Source of the DNA: an uncultured Verrucomicrobiales bacterium | GTDB taxonomy: Bacteria; Verrucomicrobiota; Verrucomicrobiia; Verrucomicrobiales; DEV007 | Direction: 5' to 3' | Assembly: GCA_964556355.1 (NCBI GenBank) | Contig: CAZKYJ010000001.1 | Coordinates: forward strand, 1 to 38,357 | DNA length: 38,357 nt | Shown here: piece after piece, positions 16,753 through 25,889 of the stretch | Layout of the letters: every line of letters starts with the position of its first letter | Numbering within the stretch: the stretch's first letter is position 1 | Notes under the pieces: generated by a model | The model's input: only the letters and a program-made list of their open reading frames with translations | What the model was told of the DNA's origin: nothing | Database searches by the model: none | Position numbers and translations under genes: made by a program

Positions 16753-17280
16753 ATGGATCGCATCGTGATAGTTGGAAATTCGGGATCGGGGAAGACTTCG
16801 CTGGCCAGGCAGCTTTCGCAGGTCGTGTCGCTAGCGCATCTCGATCTGGACGAGATTGCATGGAAAGAGGCGGATCCGCCGGTTCGGGAGAGCTTGGCCG
16901 AGAGCGCTGCGCAGATCGATGCTTTCACCGCCCGGAACCCACGGTGGATCGTTGAAGGGTGCTATGCATCGCTCGTCGAGTACGCCGCGAGGATGGCGAC
17001 GCACATGGTTTTCCTGAACCTCGGGGTGGAGGAATGCGTGCGGAACTGCCGATCTCGGCCGTGGGAACCCGGCAAGTATCCCAGCAAAGAGGCACAGGAT
17101 GGGAACCTCGAGATGCTTGTCGACTGGGTGAGGTCGTACGATTCCAGGGATGATGAGTTTTCGCTGAAGGATCACCGGAGGGTTTTCGCTAGCTTCAGCG
17201 GCGCGAAGGTCGAGATCACCACGAACGGCGAAACAGATCGCTACCTCGCGTCCTGCGCGGATCGTCTACCGCCCGGCTAG
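16753..17280 (+). CDS. Small P-loop kinase-like ATPase (adenylate-kinase / topology-modulation FlaR-like)
   Basis: MDRIVIVGNSGSGKTSLARQL is a Walker A at the extreme N-terminus, and the protein is about 175 aa. The longer track ORF from 16372 adds an Arg/Gly-rich non-protein-like leader, so I prefer the ATG at 16753. Confidence 0.7.
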   Translation: MDRIVIVGNSGSGKTSLARQLSQVVSLAHLDLDEIAWKEADPPVRESLAESAAQIDAFTARNPRWIVEGCYASLVEYAARMATHMVFLNLGVEECVRNCRSRPWEPGKYPSKEAQDGNLEMLVDWVRSYDSRDDEFSLKDHRRVFASFSGAKVEITTNGETDRYLASCADRLPPG

Positions 17281-17317
17281 CAGACACAAACTAGGGGTCA
17301 GGGTGCAAATTCTGACA
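17271..17317. repeat. Left inverted repeat (REP-like) flanking the RAYT gene
   Basis: The sequence is gcccggctagcagacacaaactaGGGGTCAGGGTGCAAattctgaca. The 15-nt core 17294..17308 is a perfect reverse complement of 18436..18450, and the extended arm matches with a few mismatches or indels. Confidence 0.75.
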
Positions 17318-17336
17318 GCTGCGCGCCCGTGCACGG

Positions 17337-18398
17337 TCACCCTCCCCGCGCCTGCTGGTGCTCGATGAAAGTCCGCAGCCGGCGCGGGATCAGTTCGTGC
17401 AGTGTCCCTTCTTCCGATCTGCGGAGCTGTTGGCTGACGTTGGCCGCGCTACGCATGAACAGATTGTTCGCGATCCAGCCCTGGGTGACCGTGGTTTGTT
17501 TCCAGAGGAGCCTGGCGAGTGCGAGCTTTCGAGGGTCTGAGCCGTAGAGCCCTTCCAGGTCGTCGATCGCCAGGCCGGCGGCGGCGAGGCCGTCACGCAG
17601 AAGCCGCTCGGCCGCGTCGATGCCATGGGAGAGGGCAATGGCATTGCGGCGGTAGCCGCGAGAGCGTTTGGGCTTCGCCGCCGCAGCCTTCTCGCCGAGT
17701 TTCCGCATCCTCTTTCCGAAGGCTTCGCTGCCCCAGAACCATCCCCGGCGCAGGTGGCTTCGCCGAGCATCGGTCTCCGCGGGGAGTTCGGGCACACCGC
17801 AGGCGCGGGAAGATTCTTCAGCGGCGCGGCCGTCGAGCCGGGCGACCATCTTCCTCCGTCCGGCGGAGGTGTCCCTGATCTGGAAGACGGAGAGGCCATC
17901 GCTCGCCGCCAGCCAGTGTGGCCGCCGAGTAGGAGGCAGCAGGTAGCCGCCGGCCAGACTGCTCCACGGATAATCGGCCACACTCTGGCCGGCGGCCGGT
18001 CGGACGAAGCCTGCGCGCACCGGGTTGAGGTGGATGTAGTCGACGACGCTGCGGTAGTGGAAGCCATCGTCCCCCTCGACGAGCACCGCTTTGTAGCGGT
18101 CGCCGAAGACCCGTCCCCACTGGCCGTGGCGGATATTGAACCTCCGGGTGAAGGTGTTTTGGAGCCAGCACATCCCCGCCACGAGATTCGGTTCCGGCGT
18201 TTGAATAAACAGGTGGTAGTGGTTGCCCATGAGCACCCAGGCATGCACCCGCCATCCGGTCATCCCGCAGGCTTCCGCCAAGGTGGCCAAGAAGAACCGG
18301 TGGTCGTCGTCATCGAGAAAGATGTCCTCGCGCCGGTTTCCGCGGGCCATCACGTGGTAGTAGGCTCCCGCGAACTCGATCCGTATGCTCCGCGCCAT
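17337..18398 (-). CDS. REP-associated tyrosine transposase (RAYT) / IS200-like Y1 HUH transposase with a C-terminal helical (HTH-like) extension
   Basis: N-terminal YHVMARGNRREDIF, the HUH motif in LMGNHYHLFIQ, and the catalytic-Tyr motif VDYIHLNPVRAGFV are all present. The C-terminal ~100 aa (…LALARLLWKQTTVTQGWIANNLFMRSAANVSQQL) looks like a DnaA-C-like HTH. The gene is flanked by inverted repeats. Confidence 0.85.
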   Translation of the reverse strand: MARSIRIEFAGAYYHVMARGNRREDIFLDDDDHRFFLATLAEACGMTGWRVHAWVLMGNHYHLFIQTPEPNLVAGMCWLQNTFTRRFNIRHGQWGRVFGDRYKAVLVEGDDGFHYRSVVDYIHLNPVRAGFVRPAAGQSVADYPWSSLAGGYLLPPTRRPHWLAASDGLSVFQIRDTSAGRRKMVARLDGRAAEESSRACGVPELPAETDARRSHLRRGWFWGSEAFGKRMRKLGEKAAAAKPKRSRGYRRNAIALSHGIDAAERLLRDGLAAAGLAIDDLEGLYGSDPRKLALARLLWKQTTVTQGWIANNLFMRSAANVSQQLRRSEEGTLHELIPRRLRTFIEHQQARGG

Positions 18399-18426
18399 CC
18401 CCGAAGCTCACATGGGGCGGAGAAGG

Positions 18427-18480
18427 TGTCAAGAATTGCACCCTGACCCCAGTTTAATCGTGGCCGCTAGTCCGTGGGGC
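18427..18480. repeat. Right inverted repeat (REP-like) flanking the RAYT gene
   Basis: The sequence is tgtcaagaaTTGCACCCTGACCCCagtttaatcgtggccgctagtccgtggggc. Its reverse complement aligns to 17271..17317, including the aaact, cac, ctagc and cgg blocks. Confidence 0.75.
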
Positions 18481-21190
18481 GGGTGCGGTAGTATTGGTGC
18501 GGGGTCTGGGGGAGGGGGAGGATGCGGGTGGCGTCGCTGCCGGGGATGGTCGCCATGGGGGACCAGGTGGAGAGCTCGGACGAGTGTTCCAGCGTGGCGC
18601 TTTCGCCGGGGGGGACGGTGGCGCGCAGCTCGAGCCGGTCGCCGGAGGGGGCGATCCGCAGGACGGTGCCGGCGGGGGCCGCGGACGGGAGCACGCGGAG
18701 GCCGACGGTAACGGTCATGTGGTCGCCGGTGCTGTCGGTGACGGTGATGCTGACGGAGGCGAGCCCCGCGAATCCGCGATCGGGGGTGATGCGGGCGCTG
18801 GAAGTGCCGGGTAACGTGACGGCGCTACAGCGGGTTGCTGCCGTGAAGGCATAGGCGGGAGACTGGGTGAAGCCCCGGAAGAGTGCGGCCAGATCGATAT
18901 CGACAAAGCCGTCTTCCCGGCAATGGAAATGAGGTGCGGCGAGCCAGTGGAGGTAGTCTTCCAGCGAGGTGTAACCGTCCCCGTCGGGATCGGCATGGGT
19001 GTCGCTGAGGTCGCCGGCGGGCGAGTTTGGATCGCTGCCCTGAAGCGCTTCCCACCAGGCGGGTAGGCCATCGCCGTCGGTGTCCCAGCCGGCGGTGCGG
19101 ACGGTGACGGGATAGTCTTCCCAACCGCCCACGTCGTCCTGGGAATCGGGGAGCCCCGGGGCCAACGAGGTGCTCCCCTGGTAGGTCGTCGTGCCGGCGA
19201 GGGTTTCTCCGATGACCCGGAGGTCGTGGTCATCGAGTAGCGGCTGCGAGCAGCCGACCGCCGAAAGGACGCGCTTGTAGGCGGCGGTGGCCGATTGCGT
19301 CTCCACGGCGGAATCGAAGAACGGGGTGCTGACAAAGTTCTCGTAGGTGGGCAAGCTGCCACCGTTCGAGGCCGTTTCCGTCCGTCCGGCGACCTGGTTG
19401 GACTCGTCGAAGTGGCCGGGCATGACGTTGCCAGCGAAGTAGTAGCGCTGGGTGCCGGGGAAATTGTCGTACTGGGCGTTGAGCGCGAAGAAGTATTCGG
19501 TGGCGGGGCCCGGCTGGTAGTAGTTGTTGACGAAATTCACCTCCATGGCACCCCCGTCGGTGGTCCGGCGCCCCCAGTTGTAGACCACGTTATTGGTGAT
19601 ATCGAGGCGCCCGGCGAAGAAGCCATCGCCGTCGAGCCCCCCCGCCAGGCTCCAGTTTCGACCGTAGCAGTGGGCGAGGAGGTTGTGGTGGAACGAGCCG
19701 ATGTCGCCGCCGATGCTCGCCGCGAAGCCGTGGGAGGCTCCGGGGGGGTAGTTCTGGTGCCCGGCCACGTTGAGCGCCTCCGAGATGAGGGTGCGCTGGA
19801 GGGTGATATTGCGGGCGGAGCGCGAGCTGAAGGCCTCGTCGATCGTCCAGCTGATCGAGCACTGGTCGATGATGGAGTGGTCGCAGCCTTGCAGTCCCAT
19901 TCCGTCGATGGTGGCGCCGCTGATGTTTCCGGGGCGGACGCGGAGATGGCGGACGATGGCGTCGCCGGCACCGCTCAGGCCCAGCGTCCAGCCACGGACG
20001 CAGATCCCCTTCCCGGGCGCCGTCTGCCCGGCGATCGTCACGAAATCGTCGCTGAGGGTCAGCCGGGCGCCAAGGGTGATGAGCCCGCCGATGTGGAAAA
20101 CAATCGTCCTCGGTCCGGATTCGACTTCGATGGCATGGCGGAGGGTGCCGGGCAGCGGGTCGCCCGGGTGGTCCTCCAGGGAATCGACGGCCACGACCCG
20201 CCCGCGGCGTCCCCCGATGGCGAATCGCCCGTGTCCCTCCGCCCCGGGAAAGGCGAGGTGGCGGGGGCGGAACTGCCACACATTTCCGCGGGTCGTGTTG
20301 CCGAGCGCATCGACGCCATCCACGCGCCAGTAGTAGGATTGCCGCGAGTCGAGCCCGCTGGCGGTGTAGCTCAGGGCCGACTGGTTTCCCGCGAACTGCG
20401 GTGCCGCCGGTCCGGCGAGATCGACGGCAATCGGGTCGGTGCCGAAATAGATGTCGTAGGACACGCTGGCGCCCGAGGCCGCCGCCTCCCAGGTGAGGGT
20501 GGCCGAACCGTCGTCGGCATCGACATGGAAGTCGCCGTCGGCCGGGGATGGTGCGCGGGTCTGCCGGCTGGCATTCGGGGTATCGATCTCGAAGCCGTTG
20601 AGCACGACGTTCTGCACGAGGTCGGCGGGATTGGAGGTGTCGGCAGCGAAGACGAGAACCGTGTCGCTGCCAGCGGTCGCGTCGAAGGTCAGGTAGGCGA
20701 CGGGCGCGCGGGAGTTGTCGTCCACCCGGTTCGATGGCTGTAGGCCTTCCACGACGCGTGTGCCATCGAGTTCGATATGGATGGGGCTGAACGGACCGAC
20801 GGTAGGGTTGTCGCAGGTGTTGTGGTAGGTGAGCAGGGTGTGGGTGCCAGGCGCGAGTCCTGCGATGCGCATCTCGATGGCGGCGCCCGTCGTCGTCTCA
20901 TCGACCGTGAGCCCGTCGCTGATCATGCGGGCGTTGAGATCGGCGTTCTCGGCGAAAGTTTTGTACCAGGTGCTCTTCAGCCCGCTGCCATTGGAGCCGG
21001 TGTGGGTGAACGTCACCGTCACGCCGGCGAATGTCCGGCTAAACGAACGGCCCCCTTCGACGTCCCAGCGTTCGAATGCGGGATCGGCGGCGTTCGGCCG
21101 GCCGGGTTGGTTGAGGTCGACCTTCAGCGGAGCTGCGGCGACAGGGGTCGCAAGCATGAAGAGGAGGATGGGGGCGGAACGCATCGGCAC
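18467..21190 (-). CDS. Secreted pectate lyase (PL1-like right-handed beta-helix) with N-terminal Ig/Fn3-like modules and C-terminal Ca-binding Asp-rich repeats
   Basis: A signal peptide is present (MPMRSAPILLFMLATPVAAAP). The PL1-type core reads AFPGAEGHGRFAIGGRRGRVVAVDSLED...GTLRHAIEVESGPRTIVFHIGGLITL...VTIAGQTAPGKGICVRG...IVRHLRVRPG...DHSIIDQCSISWTIDEAF. Thrombospondin-3-like repeats are DTDGDGLPAWWE and DPDGDGYTSLEDYLHW. Confidence 0.8.
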   Translation of the reverse strand: MPMRSAPILLFMLATPVAAAPLKVDLNQPGRPNAADPAFERWDVEGGRSFSRTFAGVTVTFTHTGSNGSGLKSTWYKTFAENADLNARMISDGLTVDETTTGAAIEMRIAGLAPGTHTLLTYHNTCDNPTVGPFSPIHIELDGTRVVEGLQPSNRVDDNSRAPVAYLTFDATAGSDTVLVFAADTSNPADLVQNVVLNGFEIDTPNASRQTRAPSPADGDFHVDADDGSATLTWEAAASGASVSYDIYFGTDPIAVDLAGPAAPQFAGNQSALSYTASGLDSRQSYYWRVDGVDALGNTTRGNVWQFRPRHLAFPGAEGHGRFAIGGRRGRVVAVDSLEDHPGDPLPGTLRHAIEVESGPRTIVFHIGGLITLGARLTLSDDFVTIAGQTAPGKGICVRGWTLGLSGAGDAIVRHLRVRPGNISGATIDGMGLQGCDHSIIDQCSISWTIDEAFSSRSARNITLQRTLISEALNVAGHQNYPPGASHGFAASIGGDIGSFHHNLLAHCYGRNWSLAGGLDGDGFFAGRLDITNNVVYNWGRRTTDGGAMEVNFVNNYYQPGPATEYFFALNAQYDNFPGTQRYYFAGNVMPGHFDESNQVAGRTETASNGGSLPTYENFVSTPFFDSAVETQSATAAYKRVLSAVGCSQPLLDDHDLRVIGETLAGTTTYQGSTSLAPGLPDSQDDVGGWEDYPVTVRTAGWDTDGDGLPAWWEALQGSDPNSPAGDLSDTHADPDGDGYTSLEDYLHWLAAPHFHCREDGFVDIDLAALFRGFTQSPAYAFTAATRCSAVTLPGTSSARITPDRGFAGLASVSITVTDSTGDHMTVTVGLRVLPSAAPAGTVLRIAPSGDRLELRATVPPGESATLEHSSELSTWSPMATIPGSDATRILPLPQTPHQYYRTRPTD

Positions 21191-21592
21191 GGAAAACTAC
21201 GGTAGGGGTCGGCCGGGTCCCGTGCAAGATTTCAGAATGCGCCGCCGAGCGCCGGGTCATCCCGACTTCGGGGTCGTCGAAACCTACATCGCCCTCCACG
21301 GGCGGAGCTACGTCAGTGATGCGGCCTCGTGTCGCCGGGGGTGGGGAGAACCCTTCGCGGCCGGTGCCCGGGTGGAGGTTTTCTATGGCGCTTTCCCGCA
21401 GCGATCGGGCCGGATTCCCGAGGTCGCTCTCCTGGCACTCGAGGGGCGGTTCGCGGGTGCATCGCGGTAGGGAGAGCCCGGGGAAGCCCGGGGTAGGCGC
21501 TGGGCGGATGTCCCCGTGCTGCCTCCTTGCTGGGGATTGACGGTGGTGCCTAGGCCGCTAGCTTCTCCTGCGGCAACCGAGACGAAAGCGCC

Positions 21593-22078
21593 ATGCCATC
21601 CATCACCGTCCACCAGCACATGCCATGTCCGTCGGCGGATGTTTTCGGGCTTCTGCACGACTACTCCCGCCGCCTCGAATGGGATACCCTGCTGCGCGAG
21701 GCGCGGTTGACGCGGGGGCACCGGCGGGCCGCCCGAGGAGCGACGTCTCTCTGTGTGGGTAAACCCCTCTTCGGGATCATCGGTGTCGAAACCCGCTACG
21801 TCACGTTTTCGACAGGTTCGCTCGCCGCCGTCGAGATGATCAACCGGCCGCTCTTTTTCGCCGCGTTCGCTGCGAGCATCCGCCACGAGGACGTGGCAGA
21901 CGGATCGATGGCGACCTACAGACTGCGCTTCACCGCGAAGCCATCGCTATTTCGCTGGCTGCTCGAACCTCTGATGTTGGGCGTGCTCCGCTACGAGACC
22001 CGGAAGCGTCTGGGTGCCCTCGCGCGCTTTTTGCGGGCGGAGCGGGACCGGCGGCGGGTGGGAGGGCAGGTCCAATGA
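21593..22078 (+). CDS. SRPBCC (START/polyketide-cyclase-like) superfamily protein
   Basis: The ORF is 161 aa. Its N-terminus, SITVHQHMPCPSADVFGLLHDYSRRLEWDTLL, resembles SRPBCC ligand-binding proteins. Its stop overlaps the next start (ATGA), implying translational coupling. Confidence 0.5.
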   Translation: MPSITVHQHMPCPSADVFGLLHDYSRRLEWDTLLREARLTRGHRRAARGATSLCVGKPLFGIIGVETRYVTFSTGSLAAVEMINRPLFFAAFAASIRHEDVADGSMATYRLRFTAKPSLFRWLLEPLMLGVLRYETRKRLGALARFLRAERDRRRVGGQVQ

Positions 22079-23514
22079 AGACGGCCGCCCCGGGTGCCAG
22101 CACGCGCCGCCGCTTCCTAGCCCTCGGGGGGGGGGCAGCGGCGACGATCCTGAACCCGTGGGTGCGGCAAGGATTCGCGGGTCCGATGCCGGCGATCGAC
22201 CCGGGCGAGCGCCCGGCGCGGGCGGCAGAGGTGGCCGTGCTCAATCCCTACGGCCGCGTGCCGGTCTCGTTCATCATCGATGACTCGACCTGTCTCGTCA
22301 ATATGGGCTACTACTGCCTCCCGCAGTTCCAAGAGGCCTACGGGCGCGCGCGGTACGATCTCCCGTGGCAATCGTGGCCGCGCGAGATACCCGATTCGTT
22401 CGTTCGCGAGTTCGGGGAATTCTGCCGCGAGCAGGGGGTGAAAGGCAAGTATTCGGTCGTCCCGTATCCGGCGTGTGTCGGGTGGCTCGACCGCGACCTG
22501 CCGGGCTGGAACCGCAGCGACTTGCGCGCGAGTCTTGCGCTGGTGCGCGATCGCATGACTCCTGATTGGGATATCCACCCGGAGATGGTGTCGCACACCC
22601 GGGTGGTCGATATCCGCACCGGTCGGCCACTGCCCCAGAAGGGTGACGGAACCTACTGGATGGAGAACGGTGGCTGGGACGACGGCCGGAGTTTGGATGA
22701 GCTCGCGAGCTACATCGCCTACGCGTTGCAATTAGTAAAAAACCTCGACTTGCCCTGTGAGGGGTTGACCACGCCGGGCGGGTTCGGCAACGGGGGCAAA
22801 GCGAATCTGTCCCGGGCGGCGATGGAGGCGGTGGCCGATGTGTTCGGCGCGGAGATCCCGCACTATTTCAAATACGTGGTGACGGACAGCGCCGGGAGCA
22901 CGGCGCCCCAGGTGGAGAACGTTCGCGGCCTCGCTTCCGGGAGCCCGCGTTGCGTGGTGAACATCCCGAGCTGCACCGGCGACTATCTCGGGAGTTGGGA
23001 TGGGTCGGCCCCGAACCCGACCGGGGAAACGGTCGAGGCGGCGGTCTCCGCCGACTTCCGGAGCGGGCGATTGGTCGAGGTGATCAACAAGGGGGAGCCC
23101 TGCTGTTTTCTCACCCACTGGCCGGGGATGTACGCCAATGGTACGGGGATCGCCTTCCGCACGTTCCAGCGAACGGTCGAACGCCTGAACGCCGGCTTCC
23201 GCGATCGGATCCGCTGGATGAAGCTCAGCGAAATCGCCCGCTACTGGGCGGCCAAGGAGCTGACCGAAATCTCGGTTTCCGCCGGCGAAGTCGGGCTCGG
23301 GGCCCCGTTTGCCGCGCCGGGATTCACCGTCGAATTCCCGGTCGCGGGCAACGCCCCGTTGGTCCGGCACGGCGGGCGATCGGTCGCCCTGCGCGAGGTC
23401 GAGACCCGGCGCGAGCTGGTGGCGGGCACGTGGATGAAGGCCGGTGCGTCCGGCCGTGCCATCGCGTGTTTCGACCTGGCGAAAGGTGGCTCGACCCTCG
23501 CGACGTCCGCCTAG
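22075..23514 (+). CDS. Tat-exported protein of unknown function (possibly deacetylase/glycosidase-like barrel)
   Basis: The twin-arginine signal is STRRRFLALGGGAAATIL. The ORF is 479 aa and I recognise no confident family motif. Codon usage is consistent with its neighbours. Confidence 0.6.
   Translation: MKTAAPGASTRRRFLALGGGAAATILNPWVRQGFAGPMPAIDPGERPARAAEVAVLNPYGRVPVSFIIDDSTCLVNMGYYCLPQFQEAYGRARYDLPWQSWPREIPDSFVREFGEFCREQGVKGKYSVVPYPACVGWLDRDLPGWNRSDLRASLALVRDRMTPDWDIHPEMVSHTRVVDIRTGRPLPQKGDGTYWMENGGWDDGRSLDELASYIAYALQLVKNLDLPCEGLTTPGGFGNGGKANLSRAAMEAVADVFGAEIPHYFKYVVTDSAGSTAPQVENVRGLASGSPRCVVNIPSCTGDYLGSWDGSAPNPTGETVEAAVSADFRSGRLVEVINKGEPCCFLTHWPGMYANGTGIAFRTFQRTVERLNAGFRDRIRWMKLSEIARYWAAKELTEISVSAGEVGLGAPFAAPGFTVEFPVAGNAPLVRHGGRSVALREVETRRELVAGTWMKAGASGRAIACFDLAKGGSTLATSA
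22126..22135 (+). repeat. G10 homopolymer inside the Tat-signal coding region
   Basis: The sequence ctc ggg ggg ggg gca encodes LGGGA. It is the longest mononucleotide run I found in the window. Confidence 0.9.
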
Positions 23515-25889
23515 CCCGCCGGCATCATCCGACGGTGGGGCGTGAGCTCGACATTGCCCGAGTCATCGGTGGCCGTGGCCTCGAGCATTCCGTCGGCCGG
23601 CCGCGCGATGCGGAGTCGCCAATCGACCACCCCGGCCTGCGAGGCCACGAAGTCGGCGGGGTGGCCGTTGACGGCGACCGCCTCGATGGTGCCGTTGTCG
23701 TGGGAGATCCCACGGATCTCGACCTGGTCGCCGACGGCCAGGGCGGAGAGGATGATGCTGGCCGGGGGCTCGTCATCGACCATGGGGAGCAGGTCGGGCC
23801 AGGTCACGTCTCGCACGCGGGCGGCGCGCGCCTCGTCGCCGGTCAGCCCGGGGATTTCCTCGTAGGACGAACCATCGCCCATCAGGTCTTCGGCCGCCAC
23901 GCTGGCGACCTTCACATGCTGGCCTGCTCCGAAATAGTCGTGGAGGAAGACGGGGACGCCATTGGTGACCGGCGGCACGCGGGGGCCGACCCCCCGGTTG
24001 AAGAGCGGCCAGCGGTCCGCGAATTTTTCCGGTCGGATGACCTCGACATTGCGGAAGTGGGTCTCGGCGCTGCCGCTCAAATTCACATCGCTGATCTGGA
24101 CGAGAGGGGTCGAGTGGTTACCGTAGCCGTGCTCGAAGGTGAGCCCGTCCACGGTAATTGACCCCTGCTGGGCGCTCGCGTCGTCCATCCCGCGGTTGAA
24201 CGGTTCGGCAGCCATCTGGGAGATGTGGAGATTGCGGTAGACGTGGTTCTCAAAGGCCGGCCGGTAGATCCCGTAGGCGGCGCCGTGGAGCCGGACGTTT
24301 TCCATGAGCATGTTCGGGCTGTGCGGGCGGAAGGCGTAGTGGGCGTTCCAGATCGAGAGGTTCCGGATGACGTGGGGGTGCGCGGGGTCGGGGCCGGTCC
24401 AGTCGAGATTCCGGATGCGCTCGAGGCCTTTCGCGTCGTGGATCGGGCTGTCGGGCTGGCTGTTTCCGTTGGCTGCCACCACCAGGCCGTAAAACCCTTC
24501 GGTGTGCGCCTCGTTGTCCTCGAACCGCCAGATGGGAATCGTGCGGACGTCCACCTTCTTCGCGGTGCCATCGGGCTGGCGTACCGGGAGCGTGCAGTCG
24601 AAGCGGCCGGTCATCTGGCAGTCGTAGCGGTAGCCGTACTCCTCGTTCTCGGTGGCCACATTTCGGGTGATGGTGTTCTTGCCGTTCGACCACCAAAATC
24701 CGGCACCGTCGTTGGGATCGAAGGGGAGTGCCTGGTCCTTGATCCTCGGACCGGCCACGGCTCCGATGGCGAGGTTGCGGTCGAGGAGGTTGTAGACCTC
24801 CGTGGCATCCTCGAGGAAATAGCCGTGGCCGACCGAGCGGTAGCCGACGCAGTCCCGCACCACGAGGTATTGGGTTCCGTGGACAGTGACCCAGCGGTTG
24901 TCCGAATCCACGATGGCCGCGCCGATCACGCTGCTGCCACGCATGCTGTCTTCGACCAGGTGGAAGTGGATCGGGTAGCGCCCGAGCACCCCCTCTTTGC
25001 CCAGCGAGGCGAAGCGCGCGTAGGAGATCGAGCCTCCGCTGCCCCAGTGGTACATCGTGTGGCCGCGGACGCCCTCGGGGGTTGCGCTCTCCACCATCAC
25101 GTTGCGGGAGAGGTTGGCGATCTCGCTGCGGAACTCGCCGCCTCCCCAGTGGGCGAGTGCCACGGGCCGGTCCAGGGTGATCGCGGTGCCGTCGAGGGAG
25201 GCGATGGTGCGTTCTTCCGAGGCGGCCTCGCCGGTGCGCGGGCCGCCGGTGAGGACGACCTGGTCGCCGACCTTCCACCCGGTGACGGGTTCCGCGAGCG
25301 TGGCGATGGACGCCCCGGGCTCGATATCCGCGCCCAGCTTCACCCAGGTCCGGCTCAGCGGCGCGCCGTGGAGATCCATGCGCCCGCCGGGACGGCAGAT
25401 GATGGCCGGTTCCGCGGCGGGATCCATCCCCTCAAAATAGTGGAGCCGGATGGTCGCCGACACGCCGGGGCCGATCGGTTCCCCGGGAGCGCCGACCTCG
25501 AGCGCCGCCTCCGGGAACGTCGCGGGTGCACCGCCCTTCTGGTGCCCGTGGCCGTGGACATCGGCGACACCGGAAGCGGGGGATTCTCCCGGCTGGATGA
25601 CGAGGTTGCCCACGTTCAGCTCGGTCGTGCGCCCGGGGGCAAAGACGAGCTCCCCGGCCACCCGGATCGAACGGATGACGGCCGCGCTGGCCGCACCGTA
25701 CTCGACCCGATGACCCGGCCGGATCGTCACGCTATCACCTTCGCCCGGCACCTGTCCCGAATCCCAGGTGGCCGTGTCCGACCACGGGCCGGAGCCTCGG
25801 GAATGGACGGTCGCGGCAGTGGCGGGAGCGGCGAGGGAAGCTCCCAGCATTGCTGCCAGGAGTCGGGCGGGAAGGTGTGGGGTTTCCAT
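23511..25889 (-). CDS. Secreted G8-domain / right-handed parallel beta-helix (PbH1) protein
   Basis: A signal peptide is followed by the typical G8 entry SGPWSDTATWDSGQVPGEGDSVTIRPGHRVEY...LVF. The long middle region has periodic beta-helix-like segments (GHGYFLED..., FWWSNGKNTITRNVATENE..., NLSIWNAHYAF). Its 3' end overlaps the convergent upstream gene by 4 nt. Confidence 0.7.
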   Translation of the reverse strand: METPHLPARLLAAMLGASLAAPATAATVHSRGSGPWSDTATWDSGQVPGEGDSVTIRPGHRVEYGAASAAVIRSIRVAGELVFAPGRTTELNVGNLVIQPGESPASGVADVHGHGHQKGGAPATFPEAALEVGAPGEPIGPGVSATIRLHYFEGMDPAAEPAIICRPGGRMDLHGAPLSRTWVKLGADIEPGASIATLAEPVTGWKVGDQVVLTGGPRTGEAASEERTIASLDGTAITLDRPVALAHWGGGEFRSEIANLSRNVMVESATPEGVRGHTMYHWGSGGSISYARFASLGKEGVLGRYPIHFHLVEDSMRGSSVIGAAIVDSDNRWVTVHGTQYLVVRDCVGYRSVGHGYFLEDATEVYNLLDRNLAIGAVAGPRIKDQALPFDPNDGAGFWWSNGKNTITRNVATENEEYGYRYDCQMTGRFDCTLPVRQPDGTAKKVDVRTIPIWRFEDNEAHTEGFYGLVVAANGNSQPDSPIHDAKGLERIRNLDWTGPDPAHPHVIRNLSIWNAHYAFRPHSPNMLMENVRLHGAAYGIYRPAFENHVYRNLHISQMAAEPFNRGMDDASAQQGSITVDGLTFEHGYGNHSTPLVQISDVNLSGSAETHFRNVEVIRPEKFADRWPLFNRGVGPRVPPVTNGVPVFLHDYFGAGQHVKVASVAAEDLMGDGSSYEEIPGLTGDEARAARVRDVTWPDLLPMVDDEPPASIILSALAVGDQVEIRGISHDNGTIEAVAVNGHPADFVASQAGVVDWRLRIARPADGMLEATATDDSGNVELTPHRRMMPAG

